Part shown: one piece after another, positions 58,995 to 64,000 of the stretch
Position numbering within the stretch: the first letter of the stretch is position 1
Layout of the letters: each line of letters begins with the position of its first letter
Origin: an uncultured Bacteriovoracaceae bacterium
GTDB taxonomy: Bacteria; Bdellovibrionota; UBA2394
Assembly (NCBI GenBank): GCA_964622975.1
Contig: CAZUTA010000014.1
Location: 3,267 to 67,266 of the forward strand
Reading direction: 5' to 3'
DNA: 64,000 bases
Program-made: the position numbers and the translations under genes
The notes under the pieces: generated by a model
Databases searched by the model: none
Told to the model about the DNA's origin: nothing
Seen by the model: only the letters and a program-made list of their open reading frames with translations

Positions 58995-60377
58995 ATGGTG
59001 GCCAACCCCCTCAGTTTTTCGAAGGTTCGGATTCTCGTCGTTGATGACGAAGAAAACGCGCGCGAAGGCTTTGAAGACCTTTTACAAACCTGGGGCTACG
59101 AAGTCGCTCATGCCGGCGATGGTAAAGCGGCCCTCGAACTCGTCAAAAAATTTCAGCCTCATGTGATTTTGACAGACCTCGTGATGCCCGAGCTCGACGG
59201 AATGCAACTCCTCGAAAAGCTCAAAGAAGAGAAGCTCGCTTCCGAGGTCACTTTTGTAATTCTTTCGGCTCACGGCAATATTGATTCAGCGGTCGAAGCC
59301 ATCAAAAAGGGTGCTTATGACTTTCTGACAAAGCCAGTGGATGTTGTTCGGCTCAAAATTTTGCTCGAGAATGTGACCAAACGTCTCGGCGTCGAGCAAG
59401 AAATGACGAGCCTGAGAGACAAGGTTCGACGTCTTGGAACTTTTGGCAAACTCAACGGCTCAACACCGCGAATGAAATCTGTCTTCAAGCAGATTCAAGT
59501 CATTGCACCGACGACGGCCTCTGTTCTCATCACGGGAGAGTCTGGAACAGGTAAAGAACTTGTTGCCAAAGCGATCCATACTCAATCAAAGCGCAAGGAC
59601 AAAACCTTCATCGCGATTAACTGCGGCGCTATCCCAGAAACTCTCCTCGAAAACGAACTCTTTGGTCACGAGAAGGGCGCCTACACTGGAGCCAATACTC
59701 AGGAACAAGGCTGTTTTGAAGTGGCTGACGGAGGCACGATTTTTTTGGATGAAATCGGCGAGATGACGCCCGATATGCAGACCAAACTTTTGCGCGTTTT
59801 AGAAAATGGAACATTCCGACGAATCGGTGGCAAAAAAGAATTGCAGGTCGATGTGCGAGTTATCGCGGCCACCAACCGAGATCTCGAAGGCTTGGTTGAA
59901 GATGGAAGCTTTAGAGAAGATCTCTTTTATCGCCTCAATGTTTTTAGCATTAAGCTTCCGCCGCTGCGCGAACGATCCGAAGACCTCCCTCTTTTGGCAC
60001 AGACATTTATCGAGGAGTTTAACTTAAAGAACGACAAGCACATTAAGGGCTTGAGTCGAGAAGCTCTCATCGTCATTAAAAAATATTCCTGGCCTGGAAA
60101 CGTTCGCGAACTCAAAAACACAATTGAGCGCGCCGTGATCGTCTGCCAGGGCGAATTTATTGACGTAGCAGACCTCCCTGAAACGATGACATCTAAGGCT
60201 CATAAGGCCCCTACTGTTGAATTTCGCTTGGGCCAGACGATGGATGATGTGGAAAGAGAGTTTTTGTTTCACACGATCAACTATGTGGATGGAAACAAGA
60301 CGAAGGCGGCCAAAATGCTCAATATCAGCCTTAAAACCCTTCATAATAAGCTCGCCAAGTACAAATCTAGCGTCTGA
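58995..60377 (+). CDS. Sigma-54-dependent response regulator (NtrC family: REC + AAA+ sigma-54 activator + HTH)
   Basis: REC (ILVVDDEEN...D...K), Walker A GESGTGKE, the GAFTGA-equivalent loop HEKGAYTGA (sigma-54 contact), an ESELFGHEKGAF-type motif, and a C-terminal Fis-type HTH. Confidence 0.85.
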   Translation: MVANPLSFSKVRILVVDDEENAREGFEDLLQTWGYEVAHAGDGKAALELVKKFQPHVILTDLVMPELDGMQLLEKLKEEKLASEVTFVILSAHGNIDSAVEAIKKGAYDFLTKPVDVVRLKILLENVTKRLGVEQEMTSLRDKVRRLGTFGKLNGSTPRMKSVFKQIQVIAPTTASVLITGESGTGKELVAKAIHTQSKRKDKTFIAINCGAIPETLLENELFGHEKGAYTGANTQEQGCFEVADGGTIFLDEIGEMTPDMQTKLLRVLENGTFRRIGGKKELQVDVRVIAATNRDLEGLVEDGSFREDLFYRLNVFSIKLPPLRERSEDLPLLAQTFIEEFNLKNDKHIKGLSREALIVIKKYSWPGNVRELKNTIERAVIVCQGEFIDVADLPETMTSKAHKAPTVEFRLGQTMDDVEREFLFHTINYVDGNKTKAAKMLNISLKTLHNKLAKYKSSV

Positions 60378-60545
60378 TGTAATTCTTACTCGATCTCATG
60401 AAATCATATAAGCGCATGAATTTATTGGCATTTTTACCATTTTAGGGGCTTTGTGCGAGAGGCCCATGTAAGAATTACTCAAAATCCGATCCCAAAAACC
60501 GATGGATTTTTGGTAAAATATGAATGATTTCAAATAGTTAAAAAG

Positions 60546-60561
60546 TTGGCATGCGCATTGC
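60546..60561 (+). promoter_or_regulatory. Sigma-54 (-24/-12) promoter candidate
   Basis: TGGCATG-cgca-TTGCA matches the consensus TGGCACG-N4-TTGCW with exact GG-N10-GC spacing. An 11-bp inverted repeat GTAATTCTTAC (60379-60389) / GTAAGAATTAC (60468-60478) lies upstream and could be part of an enhancer (UAS). Confidence 0.4.
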
Positions 60562-60571
60562 ATAAAGAGTC

Positions 60572-60684
60572 ATCACATAGTTTAAGTTTTGGTGGCAACG
60601 AACCCTTAAACCCTTAATCCCTCCCCCAAAGTTGCCACCAGAATTGCAAAGAGCCCGGTGCGCAAAGCCCGGGCTCTTTTTTTT
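60572..60684 (+). ncRNA. Candidate sigma-54-dependent small RNA (~110 nt)
   Basis: Bounded by the sigma-54 promoter and an intrinsic terminator. Contains a perfect 10-bp stem (TGGTGGCAAC/GTTGCCACCA, 60589-60598/60631-60640) with a 32-nt C-rich loop (ACCCTTAAACCCTTAATCCCTCCCCC). There is no ORF. Confidence 0.3.
60650..60684 (+). terminator. Rho-independent terminator
   Basis: 9-bp GC-rich stem AGAGCCCGG/CCGGGCTCT, 10-nt loop, followed by T8. Confidence 0.65.
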
Positions 60685-60717
60685 GGATCTTTATAATCCC
60701 CGATGGATCAGCTGTTT

Positions 60718-61989
60718 CTAAAGGCCCTCAGGCTTAATGAACAAGTAGTCCAAATGCGTGGGCCATGTCGACGAAGCTGCAAAACTCAAATTGAGATACC
60801 TCTCTTTGGTTGATCGATCTGTCGGTGCTTTAGAACCCCAAGGGCTCCACGAGCTCGAAGTGTATGGGAGATAAATCGCCATCCCAGTTGATCGTTTGTA
60901 AGAATTCGATGCCATATTTTGGACCGTCGCATCTCTGAGCGCTTCGAGCAAATCGAAACTCTTTGTCCCAAATGCCATATCACTTTCTGAGCTTGCGACT
61001 CGAATTCTCTTTTCCATTACCAAAGAAACATAGTCACCCAAATCACGATAATCCGAATCAGAGAAATTTAGAGTCTCGTCCGCGGCACTCAACATTTGCT
61101 CGCGAGTCAGACCGCTCTCACTCTGAAGTGACTCGAGCCATACGCCGAGCTTCTCTTTGACGGCTGCCATTTTATTGAGATCAAAAGCAGAGAGCTGGAC
61201 CTGGCGAGTTCCCTGGCTTCCACCGCTGTAGCTCAGATAGTATTGCTCGACAGAGTCCTTAAGAAAGTTCGCAACACTTAATTCATCTCGAGAAGTAAAC
61301 GCACTCAACAAATGATCGTAAGCAAATCCGGGCCCAGGAATGACTTCCTCCGAAGCCAGAAGATAGTCCGCATGTGGAACAAGAACATCTCCGATTTCGA
61401 GCATGGCCATGAGGCAGGCATCAAAACCGACAACATCGATTTTGCGGCCCAGTAACCCTTGAACTTGAAGAAAGGCCTGGTCGAGCTCCATCGTCGTGAT
61501 GTGAGTGCCAGACGAGTAGTCATAAGAGATCCCTTTGACCGCTCTAAAGCCTTCTTGTTTTTTCCATCCTGATCCATGATTCCAAATGATCACGGCATAA
61601 TGTTTGGCCGGATATTTCTCAATTCCCCAAGTCATGAAATCTGCAAGCACACGCCAATCCCCCATGTCTTGTTCAGGCATGTCCATCACGATGGGAGAAT
61701 TAAATGAATTGCGCTCTTCGACATAAGCTTGAGTGGATTTTTCCATATAGACACGAGAGCTTCCCGACTTGTTCCACTCGTCCCACTGGACCACCACATT
61801 GACTTGATCTGTGGAGCCTACTTTTTCCATCTCTCGCATATCATCAAAACCAAATCGCTCGAGATCGTTGTCCGCATTCAGAAAAACGAGAATCGTCCAC
61901 TCCTTTTGTGTTGGTGCTGGTATCTCATCTGCAAAAGTGGCAGATGCAAAAATTGTCGAGAATGCAATCGTGAATACATTGAATTTCAT
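60718..61989 (-). CDS. Secreted clostripain-family (C11) cysteine peptidase
   Basis: Signal peptide MKFNVFTIAFSTIFASATFA. Catalytic dyad contexts IIWNHGSGW (His) and VGFDACLMAMLE (Cys). Confidence 0.6.
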   Translation of the reverse strand: MKFNVFTIAFSTIFASATFADEIPAPTQKEWTILVFLNADNDLERFGFDDMREMEKVGSTDQVNVVVQWDEWNKSGSSRVYMEKSTQAYVEERNSFNSPIVMDMPEQDMGDWRVLADFMTWGIEKYPAKHYAVIIWNHGSGWKKQEGFRAVKGISYDYSSGTHITTMELDQAFLQVQGLLGRKIDVVGFDACLMAMLEIGDVLVPHADYLLASEEVIPGPGFAYDHLLSAFTSRDELSVANFLKDSVEQYYLSYSGGSQGTRQVQLSAFDLNKMAAVKEKLGVWLESLQSESGLTREQMLSAADETLNFSDSDYRDLGDYVSLVMEKRIRVASSESDMAFGTKSFDLLEALRDATVQNMASNSYKRSTGMAIYLPYTSSSWSPWGSKAPTDRSTKERYLNLSFAASSTWPTHLDYLFIKPEGL

Positions 61990-62171
61990 TGAGCCCTTAC
62001 CCCCTTGGTGATGATTTTCTCTCGAACTCTGCATTCCGTCATGAGGGGGGCGAGTCAGCACAATGCAGCCAGTCACTTTGAAATGCGTCACAAAATATCA
62101 CCTCTGAAGCTTGACGAAATGATCGATTGAAGTTGTCACAGGGCCACGCTAGAACCTCAAAAGTGAAAAAG

Positions 62172-62247
<76 letters not shown>

Positions 62248-62264
62248 AATCATTTCCAGACAAC

Positions 62265-62945
62265 TTGCCGCATCATTGGCGTTCTCTGTTGGAAAACGAA
62301 TCGCAGAAAAAATATTTTTTGGACCTTCAAAAATTCTTGCGTTTAGAAAGAAAATCCTCGGCCACTGTTTATCCATCTCGAGAAAACATTTTGCGAGCGA
62401 TTCAGAGTATTGATTTTCCCGATGTGCGCGTCGTGATTCTCGGCCAGGATCCTTATCACGGAGAAAATCAGGCGATGGGATTGTCTTTTGCTGTTCCCAA
62501 CGATCTTCGAGTCAAACCTCCGAGCCTTCAAAATATTTTTAAGGAGATCAAATCAGATCTCGGCATTGAGCTCGATCCCAAGCTCTCCGATCTGACGGGC
62601 TGGGTATCTCAGGGCGTACTCCTTTTGAATACAGTACTCACTGTCCGAAAAGGTCAGCCTTTTTCGCATCGGGATAAGGGATGGGAAGTTTTTACGGATC
62701 AAATCATCCAGCATCTCAATGCCCGAACAGAACCTCTCATCTTTGTTCTCTGGGGAGCCGCTGCTCAAAAAAAGAAACTCCTGATCACCTCTTCTCATCA
62801 CTATGTCCTTGAGAGCCCGCACCCCTCTCCGTTTTCGGCAGATCGCGGATTTTTTGGATGTAAGCACTTCTCTAAGATCAATCACATCCTCTCTCAAAAA
62901 CTTAAAAGCGCACCCATTGATTGGTCGAGAATTTCTCAATCATGA
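62265..62945 (+). CDS. ung: Uracil-DNA glycosylase (family 1)
   Basis: GQDPYH water-activating motif, HPSPFS. The in-frame TTG at 62265 gives about 226 aa. The longer ORF in the track would run through the tRNA-Ala. Confidence 0.8.
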   Translation: MPHHWRSLLENESQKKYFLDLQKFLRLERKSSATVYPSRENILRAIQSIDFPDVRVVILGQDPYHGENQAMGLSFAVPNDLRVKPPSLQNIFKEIKSDLGIELDPKLSDLTGWVSQGVLLLNTVLTVRKGQPFSHRDKGWEVFTDQIIQHLNARTEPLIFVLWGAAAQKKKLLITSSHHYVLESPHPSPFSADRGFFGCKHFSKINHILSQKLKSAPIDWSRISQS

Positions 62946-63388
62946 GCTCTTCAACCAAAAGTGATCATGAGTATTTTTTTGAAGTTGCGCTTCAACAAGC
63001 AAAAAAAGCAGCAAAGCAAAGTGAAGTGCCCATCGGGGCGGTCCTTGTGCACCAAGGAAAAATAATTTCGACCGCTTTTAACAAAACGGAGAGCCAAGGG
63101 AGTTTTTTGGCTCACGCCGAAATATTGTGTATTCAAAAAGCCACAAAGATTCTGAAGACAAAATTTTTGAATCACTGCGAACTCTATATCACTCTGGAAC
63201 CTTGCTTGATGTGCTTTACTGCCGCTCGCCTGTCTCGAGTCAAAGCGATCCATTACCTGGCAGCGAGTCCTAAGTTTGGACGAAAAGGTCGAGCTTATTT
63301 TAAGACGGCCATCAAAAAATCAAGACGCAAAGAATTGACGCAACAGGCAGTGGGACTTCTCTCGAGTTTTTTTGAAACTCGACGATAA
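62942..63388 (+). CDS. tadA: tRNA-specific adenosine deaminase
   Basis: HAE...PCLMC zinc-binding CDA motifs. ATGA overlap with the ung stop. Confidence 0.8.
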   Translation: MSSSTKSDHEYFFEVALQQAKKAAKQSEVPIGAVLVHQGKIISTAFNKTESQGSFLAHAEILCIQKATKILKTKFLNHCELYITLEPCLMCFTAARLSRVKAIHYLAASPKFGRKGRAYFKTAIKKSRRKELTQQAVGLLSSFFETRR

Positions 63389-63400
63389 TAGAAAGGAGTG

Positions 63401-64000
63401 ATGTATTGGATCTTGGCCTTGGCCATGTTGCTCTGCGCCTGCGGCAGCGAAAAGGTGGAAATCGCAACAGGCGCCCAACTCCGCGTGAGTTTTTCGGAGC
63501 GCATCGTCTCAGTAAATTTTGATTTGCGCCCCGACTTTCGATTGAACTCACCCTATCGAAAAACTTTTCAACAAGGAGATCTTCTCCTCGCAAGAACCTA
63601 CCTCAATCCAGGGAGCGCTGGCGCAGGAGCAAAGCTGGGAGCCTTTGCCGCACCTGACGATCTTCGTAAGGCTGTCTTTGACGAAGATCAGATGAAGAAG
63701 TTTCCCAATTGGAAGAAGCTTCCAAGAACTGTGCCTTCGGGGGCGCTTAAAGTTTTGAGTGAAGAACAAGTGGGCGCCACCATGGAGTTTCTGTTTCAGG
63801 ATCAGCCCTATCTGATTGTAGGGGGAAGCATTCGGACCGAAGCTTTTAAGGATCTTCCGATTGGATTCTTGGCGCATCAGTACTTCATGGATTCAAACAA
63901 GAATATCACCGCAAGCCTCTCCTTGGCCGGGCCCACCCTCCTTGGGGATGGGGGCATTTACTTTCTGGGATACTTTGGCCTCAATCCATTCGTCCTTGAA
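63401..64000 (+). CDS. Putative lipoprotein, 3' end outside window
   Basis: ATG 63401, signal peptide MYWILALAMLLCAC with lipobox-like Cys. The frame stays open to the end of the window. It is absent from the ORF track because it has no stop. Confidence 0.4.
   Translation, partial: MYWILALAMLLCACGSEKVEIATGAQLRVSFSERIVSVNFDLRPDFRLNSPYRKTFQQGDLLLARTYLNPGSAGAGAKLGAFAAPDDLRKAVFDEDQMKKFPNWKKLPRTVPSGALKVLSEEQVGATMEFLFQDQPYLIVGGSIRTEAFKDLPIGFLAHQYFMDSNKNITASLSLAGPTLLGDGGIYFLGYFGLNPFVLE

Noticed and set aside
60379-60478. 11-bp inverted repeat as a single long hairpin
   Set aside because: The halves are 78 nt apart, too far for a meaningful RNA hairpin or a single dimer site. It is kept only as a possible pair of activator half-sites within the sigma-54 finding.
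63295-63877. Three minus-strand ORFs (69-109 aa)
   Set aside because: They are antisense to the open + strand lipoprotein-like frame that runs to the window end, and carry no motifs.

Overview
The window is about 48-50% GC, Gram-negative-like bacterial chromosome. About 45 kb of it (roughly 4.8-49.9 kb) is a mosaic surface-polysaccharide (O-antigen/EPS-type, Wzx/Wzy-dependent) biosynthesis locus. Left edge: the 3' end of a squalene/phytoene-synthase-family gene, a pilin-like gene, a split transketolase pair, a small DUF-like protein and an outer-membrane beta-barrel candidate. The glycan locus carries an AsnB-like amidotransferase, several SAM methyltransferases including a TylCIII-like sugar C-methyltransferase, at least six glycosyltransferases, WbpB/WbpD/WbpE-like enzymes for 2,3-diacetamido sugars, a Wzz-like co-polymerase, a Wzy-like polymerase candidate, two Wzx-like flippases, a methyltransferase-pyruvyltransferase fusion beside an FrhB-like Fe-S protein, a WbpG/HisH/HisF acetamidino-forming trio, a PglF/PglE/PglD/PglC-like set for a diNAcBac-type initiating sugar, an OPX (Wza-like) exporter and rmlBADC. 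The most unusual part is a five-gene module inside the long minus-strand operon: class-I aminotransferase, ACP, acyl-AMP ligase, M29-aminopeptidase-like protein and LpxD-like acyltransferase. It implies an N-acyl or lipidated sugar, possibly with an amino-acid component. Right of the locus: a small lipoprotein, tRNA-Arg(TCG), secreted Cys/Trp-rich and other secreted hypotheticals, an IMPDH/GMPR-family gene, an MFS transporter, a methyltransferase, a DUF971 protein, a Pro/Ala-rich lipoprotein, and a histidine-kinase plus sigma-54 (NtrC-type) regulator pair. Immediately downstream of that pair sits a near-consensus sigma-54 promoter driving a candidate ~110-nt sRNA with a C-rich loop and a strong intrinsic terminator. 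Then a secreted clostripain-like protease, tRNA-Ala(CGC), UNG, TadA and a truncated lipoprotein gene. No CRISPR, IS or integrase was seen. All functional calls are from motif recognition by eye; no database search was possible.
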